A DNA stretch of 63,253 bases, from IMG/VR virus record IMGVR_UViG_3300044981_000245, positions 1-63,253 of that record. The stretch is one strand, 5' to 3'. Under the pieces are notes generated by a model. That model was not told the origin of the DNA and made no database searches. It saw only the letters and a list, made by a program, of their open reading frames with translations. The position numbers and the translations under genes were made by a program. The DNA comes from a virus (lineage: Duplodnaviria > Caudoviricetes). Positions 7,494 through 15,862 of this stretch are shown in pieces. Numbering within the stretch: position 1 is the first letter of the stretch; every line of letters starts with the position of its first letter.

Positions 7494-9861
7494 TGAAGAA
7501 ATGAGCCAAGCCGCGGGCGAGACACGCACTGCAGGCCGGGCCGCCATTGCCGTAGATCCGGCGTTTGAGTATTCGCGACAGCCGGCCGATCTGCCGCCAG
7601 GCATGAACGCCTCGGCCGATCCACGGCCGACGACCACCGGTTCGCACGAGCTGCAGAACCCTGGGCAGAGCATTGCGTCGCCGCAAGGCACGGACCCCGG
7701 CGAGAAGTCCAGCGGGCAATCCGATGGCTGGTGCATCCAGAAGGCGAAGGACATCTTCGTAAACTCGCGCGACTACATGGACTCCAACATCACCCTCGGG
7801 TGGGAGCGGAACCTCCATCACTTCCGCGGCGAGCACGGACCCGCCACGCCTTACGTACGCCGCGATTGGCGCCGGTCCCGAACATTCCGACCCAAGACCC
7901 GAGCCAACACCAAGGCGCAAGAAGCCGCACACGCAAGTGCGGCATTCGCTACGCAAGACTACTTGGACATCCGCGCGGTAGATCCGACCGACGAGCAACA
8001 GGTAATCTCTGCAGCCGTCAACAAGGCCCTGCTGCAGACGCGCCTTGAGCGCGTGCCGTGGAACTGGTTCATCACTTGTCAGGGGGCATGGCAGGACACC
8101 AAGGTCTACGGTGTCTGCATTAGCCATCAATACTGGCGCTACGAGACTGCTAAGCAGGTCGTGCCGGCCTTCGACGACCAAGGCAAAGCGATCATGGCCG
8201 AGGACGGCAAGACGCCCATGGGCCGCGAGGAGATGAAGACTCTGTACGACATGCCGGTGTGCGATGACATACCGCCGGAATGCTTCCTCTTCGACCCCAT
8301 GTGTGACTGGCGCAACCCGGCGTGGTCCAGTCCATACCTCTGCTATATGATGGGCATGTACGTCGGTGACGTCATGGCCCGCATGAACATGAGTTCTCCC
8401 AAGACAGGGCAGCCGATCTGGCGTAAGTACGGAATCGCCGAGATCCTCTCGGCGAGCAAAGAGAACATCGACAACCGCACCCGACGCGCTCGTGAGGGCT
8501 TCCGCCGCATCGACCCGACGACCGACAAGGCATCGGACGAGTTCGCCATGGTGTGGGCGCATCTCAACATCGTACGCGAGAGTGGCATTGACGTGGCGTT
8601 TTGGACGCTCGGCACGCAACTCGTGCTGACAGACCCGATACCGCTGACCGAGATGTACCCACATCTACAGCCCGGGGAGCGGCCCTTCGTGGTCGGCTTT
8701 TCGAGCGTGGAGGCGCATCGCAACTACCCCGACGGTGACGTGGCGCAGATCGCGCCGCTGCAGGAGGAGATCAACTCCGTCGCCAACCAGCGCCTCGACA
8801 ACGTGCGCTTAGTGCTCAACAAACGATACTTCATCCGCCGCGGCAGCCAGATGGATCTTGACGCACTGATGCGCAACGTCCCCGGTGGCGGCGTCATGAC
8901 CAATGATCCCGAGAAGGACGTCCAGGTTGTCAATACACCCGATGTCACATCGAGCGCATACCAAGAGCAGGACCGTCTCGCACAAGACCTCGACGACTTA
9001 GTAGGCGGTTTCGGGCAGGCATCGGTGGCTGCTGGCGGCAAGCAGATGGACCGCGCAGGCAGCATGGACGTCCTTCAAGGGGCTGCAGGCGCGGTGCAGG
9101 ACTACGGCATCAAGCTCTTCTTCGAGACATGGATGCAGCCGGTGCTGCGTCAGCTCGTGCGGCTCGAGCAGATGTACGAGACCGACCACACGGTGCTTGC
9201 GATCGCAGCCAAGAGCACTCCGCTGTGGCAGCGGGACGGGACCGACGTGGTCACCGATCAGTTGCTGCAGCAGAACCTGACGGTGCAGATCAACGTCGGC
9301 ATCGGCAATACGGATCCCGTGAAGCGGGTACAGAAGCTGACCTTCGGCATGCAGCAGGTCATCCAGTTGCCCGACATGGCCCGACGCGTTAAGAGTATGG
9401 AGATCGCGGACGAGATCTTCGGCGCGCTCGGTTACAAGGACGCGAGCCGCTTCTTCATGAACGACCAGGAGCTGACCGACCACATGAAGACCACCCCGCC
9501 GCCCCCGCCGCCGCCAGAGATCGCGGTCAAGATGCAGGAGCTGCAGCAGCGCAAGCAGGAAGCGGATCAGCGCGACGCGCGCGAGAAGTCCGAGGCCGGC
9601 ATGAACCATGAATGGCGCATGAAGCAGCTCGACAACAATATGGAGCTGGGCCACTCCAAGGGCGCGAGCCAAGAGGAAATCGCGAAGATGAAGAACCAGA
9701 CTGCCCGCGATTTGGGTGCAGCCAAGGAAGGCAACCGCCTCGCCGAGGTCAATCTCAAGCGCGCGGATGGTGCACACGACCGGGCGGCTGATGCCCGCAA
9801 GGCCGCCGTAGAGGCCGCCAAGCCCGCGCCCAAGCCCGGCAAGGGCTTCCCGCCGAAGTAG
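7483..9861 (+). CDS. Portal protein
   Basis: 792 aa after TerL; PLQEEINSVANQRLDNV..LNKRY segment typical of P22/N4-like portals; long C-terminal coiled coil. Confidence 0.9.
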   Translation: MPSNEEMSQAAGETRTAGRAAIAVDPAFEYSRQPADLPPGMNASADPRPTTTGSHELQNPGQSIASPQGTDPGEKSSGQSDGWCIQKAKDIFVNSRDYMDSNITLGWERNLHHFRGEHGPATPYVRRDWRRSRTFRPKTRANTKAQEAAHASAAFATQDYLDIRAVDPTDEQQVISAAVNKALLQTRLERVPWNWFITCQGAWQDTKVYGVCISHQYWRYETAKQVVPAFDDQGKAIMAEDGKTPMGREEMKTLYDMPVCDDIPPECFLFDPMCDWRNPAWSSPYLCYMMGMYVGDVMARMNMSSPKTGQPIWRKYGIAEILSASKENIDNRTRRAREGFRRIDPTTDKASDEFAMVWAHLNIVRESGIDVAFWTLGTQLVLTDPIPLTEMYPHLQPGERPFVVGFSSVEAHRNYPDGDVAQIAPLQEEINSVANQRLDNVRLVLNKRYFIRRGSQMDLDALMRNVPGGGVMTNDPEKDVQVVNTPDVTSSAYQEQDRLAQDLDDLVGGFGQASVAAGGKQMDRAGSMDVLQGAAGAVQDYGIKLFFETWMQPVLRQLVRLEQMYETDHTVLAIAAKSTPLWQRDGTDVVTDQLLQQNLTVQINVGIGNTDPVKRVQKLTFGMQQVIQLPDMARRVKSMEIADEIFGALGYKDASRFFMNDQELTDHMKTTPPPPPPPEIAVKMQELQQRKQEADQRDAREKSEAGMNHEWRMKQLDNNMELGHSKGASQEEIAKMKNQTARDLGAAKEGNRLAEVNLKRADGAHDRAADARKAAVEAAKPAPKPGKGFPPK

Positions 9862-9881
9862 AAATGAGGTAACATCGGAAT

Positions 9882-10091
9882 ATGGCAAATCCCAGCAAAG
9901 ACACGCGTAACCCGACGACTGGCGAGACCTCGCAGCAGACGGCCGATCGTATGGCGGGTGCCGGCGGCCAGCCGCACCCTTCTGCTCCTGGTGGCCCTGT
10001 GGGCAAGCCGGCGCCAGCCAACCTGCACCCGATCGCGCAGGGCGTCTACGGCTCACCGATCAGTCAGCCGATTCTCGGAAAGGCTCAGTAA
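9882..10091 (+). CDS. Small Pro/Gly-rich protein
   Basis: One of a tandem run of short ORFs after portal. Confidence 0.5.
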   Translation: MANPSKDTRNPTTGETSQQTADRMAGAGGQPHPSAPGGPVGKPAPANLHPIAQGVYGSPISQPILGKAQ

Positions 10092-10095
10092 ATCA

Positions 10096-10281
10096 ATGGC
10101 TTACGGACGGCAGACTGCTCCCGGCGTACCTGGTTCCTTCCCACTCCCCAATCCAGGGAATGCGGGAACCACGTACACCGCGAACGCCGTCCATCCGTCG
10201 GCCGCTGCAGCCACTCGACTGGGGCCGCGAGCCAATCCTCTTAACGGCGGTCGGCCGCCGCTCGCAGGGGCAAAGCGATGA
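10096..10281 (+). CDS. Small Pro/Gly-rich protein
   Basis: ATG 10096 (MAYGRQTAPG); stop overlaps next ATG. Confidence 0.5.
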   Translation: MAYGRQTAPGVPGSFPLPNPGNAGTTYTANAVHPSAAAATRLGPRANPLNGGRPPLAGAKR

Positions 10282-10442
10282 AATTCGGAGGCATGAAGCC
10301 GCCGACCCTGCCGAAGATCGGCAAGGCGCCCGGGCCGAAGACCAAGATTCACCCGTCTGCGCAGCCACGCATTCGGCTGCCGCAAGGCAACACCGGAGCG
10401 AGCGACCCTGAGCCGTTCTTGCCTGGCGTTGGCAAACTGTAA
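10278..10442 (+). CDS. Small Lys/Pro-rich protein (54 aa, below ORF-track cutoff)
   Basis: ATGA-coupled; translates MKFGGMKPPTLPKIGKAPGPK. Confidence 0.5.
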   Translation: MKFGGMKPPTLPKIGKAPGPKTKIHPSAQPRIRLPQGNTGASDPEPFLPGVGKL

Positions 10443-10452
10443 GGAGTTGTAA

Positions 10453-10677
10453 ATGCCTAGCGTAAGCCGAGCTCAGCAAGCAGCCATGCATGCCGCGGCG
10501 GCAGGAAACTCGACGATCGGCATCCCGAAGTCCGTCGGCGAGGATTTCTCGGCCGCAGATCATGCGCGCGGCCCCGCAAAGCTGCCGGAGCACGTCGGCA
10601 AGAAGCATCCCTCGCACCCGAAGAAAACCGCGGGCGTGGGCGCCCCGTTCAACCGCAATGGGTTTAACCGAAAATGA
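10453..10677 (+). CDS. Small basic phage protein
   Basis: aaggag RBS; MPSVS.AQ..AM.AAA...STIGIP..VG..F pattern I recognise from phage head regions. Confidence 0.75.
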   Translation: MPSVSRAQQAAMHAAAAGNSTIGIPKSVGEDFSAADHARGPAKLPEHVGKKHPSHPKKTAGVGAPFNRNGFNRK

Positions 10678-10853
10678 GCGCAAAGCATTGGATCGCAGGC
10701 GCGATCAAGCACCCAGGGGCGCTGCATAAGCAGTTGGGCGTGCCTCAGGGTCAGAAGATTCCGGAAGGGAAGCTGGAGAAGGCGGCAGGAGCAGGCGGCA
10801 CTCTCGGACGGCGTGCTCGGTTGGCAGAGACCCTCAAGGGCATGCACAAGTAA
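10674..10853 (+). CDS. Small basic phage protein (59 aa, below ORF-track cutoff)
   Basis: MSAKHWIAGAIKHPGALHKQLGVP...RARLAETLKGMHK; ATGA coupled. Confidence 0.75.
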   Translation: MSAKHWIAGAIKHPGALHKQLGVPQGQKIPEGKLEKAAGAGGTLGRRARLAETLKGMHK

Positions 10854-10893
10854 CTCGACACGCAGAGGCAGGGCATGCCTCAAGGCTACCGGA

Positions 10894-11115
10894 ATGCCAA
10901 CGATCGTATTTAAAGACGGCAGTACGAAGACTGTCGGAAACATGCGCGGCGTCAGTATGCGCGGCGCGGTACTAGCAGGGCAGAACCTGCGCGGCGTGGA
11001 TCTGACCGGGTCGGATCTGCGAGATGCGGATCTCACGGGAACTGATCTGCGCGGCGCGAACATGACGAATGTGCTGGTTTACAGCAAAGATTTGAAGGTA
11101 GCGATTACAAGTTGA
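10894..11115 (+). CDS. Short pentapeptide-repeat protein
   Basis: NMRGV/SMRGA/VLAGQ/NLRGV/DLTGS/DLRDA/DLTGT/DLRGA repeats. Confidence 0.8.
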   Translation: MPTIVFKDGSTKTVGNMRGVSMRGAVLAGQNLRGVDLTGSDLRDADLTGTDLRGANMTNVLVYSKDLKVAITS

Positions 11116-11132
11116 GTTAACAGGAGAACGCC

Positions 11133-11471
11133 ATGGCCGAACCTTCCAGCGGCCGGGACTTGCAGTTTGCTGATGAAACAGAACGCGAAATCTTTGCCGT
11201 AGCAAAACTCGGCGAGGATGTCCGCGCCTTTCTGACTCAGCATCCCGTGGGCCGGTATCTACACCACCGCGCCAAGATGGAGATCGAGCATTGTCGCACG
11301 GAGGCCCTGGAGGTCGACGTCGCTGCGTGGCCGTTCTTCCGTGGCCGCAACAAATTACAGGCAATTCGGCAGCGCGCAGCGGTCGCTCGCGCTTTCATCG
11401 ATTGGTGCGCCGACGCCATCGTTAACGGCGATCAGGCCGGAAGCGAACTCGAAGACTACAGAAAAGGATAA
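11133..11471 (+). CDS. Hypothetical head-region protein
   Basis: aggag RBS; lies before scaffold. Confidence 0.7.
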   Translation: MAEPSSGRDLQFADETEREIFAVAKLGEDVRAFLTQHPVGRYLHHRAKMEIEHCRTEALEVDVAAWPFFRGRNKLQAIRQRAAVARAFIDWCADAIVNGDQAGSELEDYRKG

Positions 11472-11476
11472 CCCAA

Positions 11477-12649
11477 ATGGCTGAACCCACCCAGCAGACT
11501 GAGGGCGGACTTGACAAAACGTCCCAGAATATGTCTACTACCCCCAAGAAACCCGGCCGGGACCCCCAGCTGGTGTCTCGAGACGAGATGATGGCGCGCG
11601 CCGATGAGTACATCGAACGCGAGCGGGAAGCCGAGTACAAGCGCTTCTTAGAGTCATCTGACGTCGATCCGCGCGCTGCGGCCATGGCCGCTGCGATGAA
11701 CAAAGAAGCCAAGGGTGAAGCCTTGGACATCGACCGAGGGCACCGCGACCTGACCGAGATGGGTGGGGAAGCGGAGCCAGCGACGGAAGTTGATGGGGCT
11801 GCATCCGTGCAGCCGGTAGCTGCTCCTAGCAAGGAGCGCCCGGCCGAACGGATCAGCACCAAGGGCGAGGACCCGCTGGGCGAGTATGTCGTCCGGGTTG
11901 ACGGGAAGCCCATGTTTAAGACCGTCGTGGACGGGCAAGAGCGCTTGATCACGCTCGATGCCGCACGGCGGGAGCTTCAGTTGAGCTTAGCTGCCGGAGT
12001 ACGTTTCGAGCAGGCGAAGGGACTGAAGCAGCAACTCGAAGCGAAGCTTCGCGAAGTGTCGACACACCCGGCCGCGGCTAGACCAGCTGCACCGGCAATC
12101 GATGACCGCAAGCTGGCTGCCGAGTTGGTCCGCAGTCTCGTGAGCGAGCCTGAGGACAAAGCCGCTGCCAAGATGGCGGAGACGTTTGCGACGATTCGGC
12201 AGTCTGCCGGACCGACGATCGACGTCGCTAAACTGGCACGGGACGAAGTGCAGAAAACGATTGCTGACGAACGCAAAAAAGAGGCGTTTGGTACTGGTTT
12301 CGATCAGTTCACCAAAAACTACCCCGACATTGCAGCCGACTCCGATCTGTTCGCACTTGCTGATAAGAAAAGCGAAGTGATTGGCGCAGAGCATCCCGAG
12401 TGGAGCCCGGCGCAGGTCATGGACGAAGCGGGTAAGCAGACCCGCGCTTGGCTGACGTCTATCGGTGCACCGGCAAGAAAGGTGACCCAGACAGAGGCGG
12501 TCAAGGGGAATCAGCAACGTAAACAGAATCTGGTACCGATGCCACAGCCGCGCAGTGCGGCGCCGGCACAGGCGCCCGAAGGCCAAGACGATCTTTCCCC
12601 GCAGGCGGAGCTTGCGGCGATTCGTAAGAGCCGAGGGCAGCCGTACTAG
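11477..12649 (+). CDS. Scaffolding protein
   Basis: Acidic, helical, VVDGQERLITL motif; immediately precedes the capsid gene. Confidence 0.75.
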   Translation: MAEPTQQTEGGLDKTSQNMSTTPKKPGRDPQLVSRDEMMARADEYIEREREAEYKRFLESSDVDPRAAAMAAAMNKEAKGEALDIDRGHRDLTEMGGEAEPATEVDGAASVQPVAAPSKERPAERISTKGEDPLGEYVVRVDGKPMFKTVVDGQERLITLDAARRELQLSLAAGVRFEQAKGLKQQLEAKLREVSTHPAAARPAAPAIDDRKLAAELVRSLVSEPEDKAAAKMAETFATIRQSAGPTIDVAKLARDEVQKTIADERKKEAFGTGFDQFTKNYPDIAADSDLFALADKKSEVIGAEHPEWSPAQVMDEAGKQTRAWLTSIGAPARKVTQTEAVKGNQQRKQNLVPMPQPRSAAPAQAPEGQDDLSPQAELAAIRKSRGQPY

Positions 12650-12667
12650 ACCACGGAGGACATAACA

Positions 12668-13597
12668 ATGTCAGGTCAAGTTTGGTCCACCAATGCGCTT
12701 GGTGGCTACATGTGGTCGCCGAACCTGTCGCGGAAACTGCGCACGGCTCTTCAGCCGATGGTGCGTTTCCGTCAGTTCTGCGACGCGAAAGAGGCGTTCG
12801 GCCTCGGAATCGGTCAGACGTTCAACTGGAACATCTACTCCGACGTCGCCCAGCCGGGCGCTGCATTGGCGGAAAACGCGCCGATGCCCGAGACGAATTT
12901 CACCATCACCCAGAACTCGCTGACCATCACTGAGTATGGCAACAGCGTGCCGTTCACCAAGAAGCTCGACGATCTTTCAGAGCAGCCGGTGACGGAAATC
13001 ATCCACAAGGTTCTCAAGAACGACGCGCGTAAAGTGCTGGACCTCGCCGCTCAGGCGCAGTTCAACGCTTCGCCGCTGCGTGTGTGGGCGTCCTCGCTCA
13101 CCTCGCTGACGGTGAACACCAACGGCACCGTGTCTGGCACCAATTCGGTTCTGACCAACACCCTCGTGAAGGCAGTTGCCGACTATATGGCCGAGCAGAA
13201 CATCCCGACTTTCGACGGGGTGAACTACCTGTCCATCTTCCGCCCGACCCCGCTGCGTCCCTTCAAGAACAACCTTGAAGGCATCAACCAGTACACGCCC
13301 GAGGGCTGGCACGTCATCATGAACGGCGAGAAGGGCCGTTACGAAGGCATCCGGTTCATCGAGCAGACCAACGTCCCGGTCACGGCTTTCCCGTCAGGTT
13401 CGACGGCAACCGACCGTGGGTATTTCTTCGGATCAGACACGGTGGTCGAGGCCTTCGCGATCCCCGAGGAAATCCGCGGTAAGATCCCGACGGACTACGG
13501 TCGTTCGCGCGGTGTGGCCTGGTACGCTGAACTCGGATTTGGAATCGCGCACACGGAAGTTCCGGGTTCGCGTATCCTCGTCTGGGACAGCCAGTAA
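12668..13597 (+). CDS. Major capsid protein (N4-gp56-like, HK97 fold)
   Basis: Strong ggagg RBS and biased codons; EYGNSV and DYGRSRGVAWY motifs; position after scaffold. Confidence 0.9.
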   Translation: MSGQVWSTNALGGYMWSPNLSRKLRTALQPMVRFRQFCDAKEAFGLGIGQTFNWNIYSDVAQPGAALAENAPMPETNFTITQNSLTITEYGNSVPFTKKLDDLSEQPVTEIIHKVLKNDARKVLDLAAQAQFNASPLRVWASSLTSLTVNTNGTVSGTNSVLTNTLVKAVADYMAEQNIPTFDGVNYLSIFRPTPLRPFKNNLEGINQYTPEGWHVIMNGEKGRYEGIRFIEQTNVPVTAFPSGSTATDRGYFFGSDTVVEAFAIPEEIRGKIPTDYGRSRGVAWYAELGFGIAHTEVPGSRILVWDSQ

Positions 13598-13612
13598 GGG
13601 GAGAAAGCACAC

Positions 13613-14116
13613 ATGGCGAAGAAGACACTGAACGACAAAGAGACCAGCCCGACGAAGCACCCGAACGGTGGCGTCCCGGCCGGCTACGGCAACCTTGCCG
13701 ACAAAGGCATCAAGCAGAGCCACACGGGTGGCAGCGAAGCCGGTACCAAGGGTCACTCAGGGAGTGCCTCGGGACTGGAGCGCATCTTGACTCCTGAGAA
13801 GAACGCAGACGAGTTCGCGAAGGGCACCGTTGCCTCTCCGTCCGAGCTGGACGCTATCCGCGAGGATGGCAACCAGAGCGGTATGGACGGTGACCGCACT
13901 CTGCTTTACGGCGGCGGACTTTTCGAGCGCGAGAAGGTTGGGTTGGAAGACGGCGTAAGTGTCCGCGAGACGATGGACGCGGATAGCGCTGAGCCGAATT
14001 ACAACTACGACATCGACCCCCTGACGGGCAATGCTCCTGAGCGCAAGGTTGGACGTACCAACAACTATGTGGTCAGCGGCAAGCGCGGCAACAAGTTCGA
14101 AGTCGGCGAGATGTAA
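13613..14116 (+). CDS. Hypothetical protein co-transcribed with capsid gene
   Basis: ggag RBS; followed by terminator. Confidence 0.7.
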   Translation: MAKKTLNDKETSPTKHPNGGVPAGYGNLADKGIKQSHTGGSEAGTKGHSGSASGLERILTPEKNADEFAKGTVASPSELDAIREDGNQSGMDGDRTLLYGGGLFEREKVGLEDGVSVRETMDADSAEPNYNYDIDPLTGNAPERKVGRTNNYVVSGKRGNKFEVGEM

Positions 14117-14143
14117 CAGGCCGCTGTGGCGGCAACAGAAACG

Positions 14144-14181
14144 CCCGGCGGTCTGGCAACAGGCCGCCGGGTTCTTTCTTT
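14144..14181 (+). terminator. Rho-independent terminator
   Basis: cccggcggtctg-gcaa-caggccgccggg stem with GNRA loop followed by ttctttcttt. Confidence 0.85.
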
Positions 14182-14194
14182 GAGGAGGATGACA

Positions 14195-14632
14195 ATGGCG
14201 ATGCGAATCCCGGTCACAGACTACGAGCAGCGCGAGAAGTCGCCCGGCGTAGTCGAGCGCGAATTCGACAAGCGTGCCAATCTGGTTGAGGGCATCAACG
14301 GCCTCGATCGCATGGATACGCACTTTGAGAATACCGAGCGCACTCAGGTGCTCGCGCCCCGTGGCGACATGGTCGGCCGGCCGATGCCGCGCGATGCCAA
14401 GTTCCGCGGAGCGAATAACCATGGCGAGTGGGGTCCCGACCAGTTCATCGAGGAACTCGAGAACGGCATGGACGGACCGATGGAAGGTCGACCGTACTAC
14501 GGTATGGGTCTGCCGAAGCGTACGGATCTGCGCCCTTGCGCTGACCCGCAGTGCGAAGACCCACGATGCGAGGGGCATGCCCTCGATCAGCTGCGCCCCA
14601 TGGGCCAGGGTGTTGGCAAGAAGGAAATGTAA
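14195..14632 (+). CDS. Hypothetical protein
   Basis: gaggagg RBS; Cys-containing C-terminus. Confidence 0.65.
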   Translation: MAMRIPVTDYEQREKSPGVVEREFDKRANLVEGINGLDRMDTHFENTERTQVLAPRGDMVGRPMPRDAKFRGANNHGEWGPDQFIEELENGMDGPMEGRPYYGMGLPKRTDLRPCADPQCEDPRCEGHALDQLRPMGQGVGKKEM

Positions 14633-14644
14633 ACAGGAGGGCCT

Positions 14645-15025
14645 ATGCCTCGGTTTGAGAAAGGCAATCAGGCCGCGCGCAAGCACCCGGTAGAGGTGCC
14701 TGTGCAGGTCGAAGCACCGGCAGAAGTGCCTGTGTTCGACCCCGAGATGCTCGCGTGTGAGACGTACGGTGAGGGCGGCCGGGGCTTCATTCAGGGCAAG
14801 AACTACTTCACATCCGCGGGCAAGTTCGTCAAAGAGCTGCCCGAGGCGCAGTGGTACATCTGCACCCCGGAGATGGAGCGCAATAACAAGATCGCTCGGG
14901 CGAAGTGGCGGGCCAAGACGCGCCAAGCGGGACCTGTGAGCACCGGAGCTAATGTCCCAGACAAGCTGATCCAGATTGCGCGCGAGAACTCGCGGGTGCT
15001 GGCCGCTGAAGCGTTGGGGGAGTAA
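14645..15025 (+). CDS. Hypothetical protein
   Basis: aggagg RBS. Confidence 0.7.
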   Translation: MPRFEKGNQAARKHPVEVPVQVEAPAEVPVFDPEMLACETYGEGGRGFIQGKNYFTSAGKFVKELPEAQWYICTPEMERNNKIARAKWRAKTRQAGPVSTGANVPDKLIQIARENSRVLAAEALGE

Positions 15026-15028
15026 GCC

Positions 15029-15862
15029 ATGGCGCTGACCCCTGTCGTAGCCAAAACCTACCTGCAGCTGTGCCAGGATCTGTATCGCGAGGTCGGCGCC
15101 GCCGGCGGCACGCCCGCGCAGGCAATTCCGACGACGGTCGGGGTCACTGGTGAAATCCTGCGCCTCGTGAACTATATCCACGACGCAGAGCTTGACATCC
15201 AGAATATCTGGGTCGACTGGAAGTGGCTGCGCAAAACGCTGACCTTCTACACTGGCGTGCAGAACCAGACCGGCATCTTCACGACCTCCGGGGGCGCCAT
15301 CTCGGCGTTTCCAACGGACCTCGCCGAGTGGGACTGGAAGAGCTTCATGATCTATCCGGTGGGTGCGACCAGTTCGCAGCCTTTGAAGACCACGGAGTGG
15401 CAGGAAGTACGCAACCAGGTTTTTAACACCACCAGCTTCAATCAGCCGTGGCAGGTCATTGTGATGCCGGACAACACCTTCCGGTTCGATAACATCCCCG
15501 ATCAAGTCTACCAGTGCTTCTGCGAGTACCGCGCAGTGCCTTATGACCTCAAGAATGATGCGGACGTCTCGAACATCCCGGCTCGCTTCGGCAATCGCCT
15601 GATCGTCGAGTGGGCGCGCATGAAATACGGCATGTTTGAAAACGCCGCCGAGCAGACAGCGAACGCCAAGATGCAGATCTACGGCACGCTGGATGAGGCC
15701 GGACTGCATCAGAATAACGGTCTCCTCGCCGCGCTCGAGAACGATCAGCTGCCGAACCGCAAGAACAGCCGTCGCCAGCAAGGCAACAACATCGTCATCT
15801 CCACGGACGACTACGGCGGTGACTGGCAAGTTGGCGGTGGTAACTGGGACGGCGCATACTGA
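15029..15862 (+). CDS. Head-tail adaptor (tail tubular A-like)
   Basis: TYLQLCQDL..EVG start, W.DWKWLR and D...IP.RF pattern; position. Confidence 0.7.
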   Translation: MALTPVVAKTYLQLCQDLYREVGAAGGTPAQAIPTTVGVTGEILRLVNYIHDAELDIQNIWVDWKWLRKTLTFYTGVQNQTGIFTTSGGAISAFPTDLAEWDWKSFMIYPVGATSSQPLKTTEWQEVRNQVFNTTSFNQPWQVIVMPDNTFRFDNIPDQVYQCFCEYRAVPYDLKNDADVSNIPARFGNRLIVEWARMKYGMFENAAEQTANAKMQIYGTLDEAGLHQNNGLLAALENDQLPNRKNSRRQQGNNIVISTDDYGGDWQVGGGNWDGAY

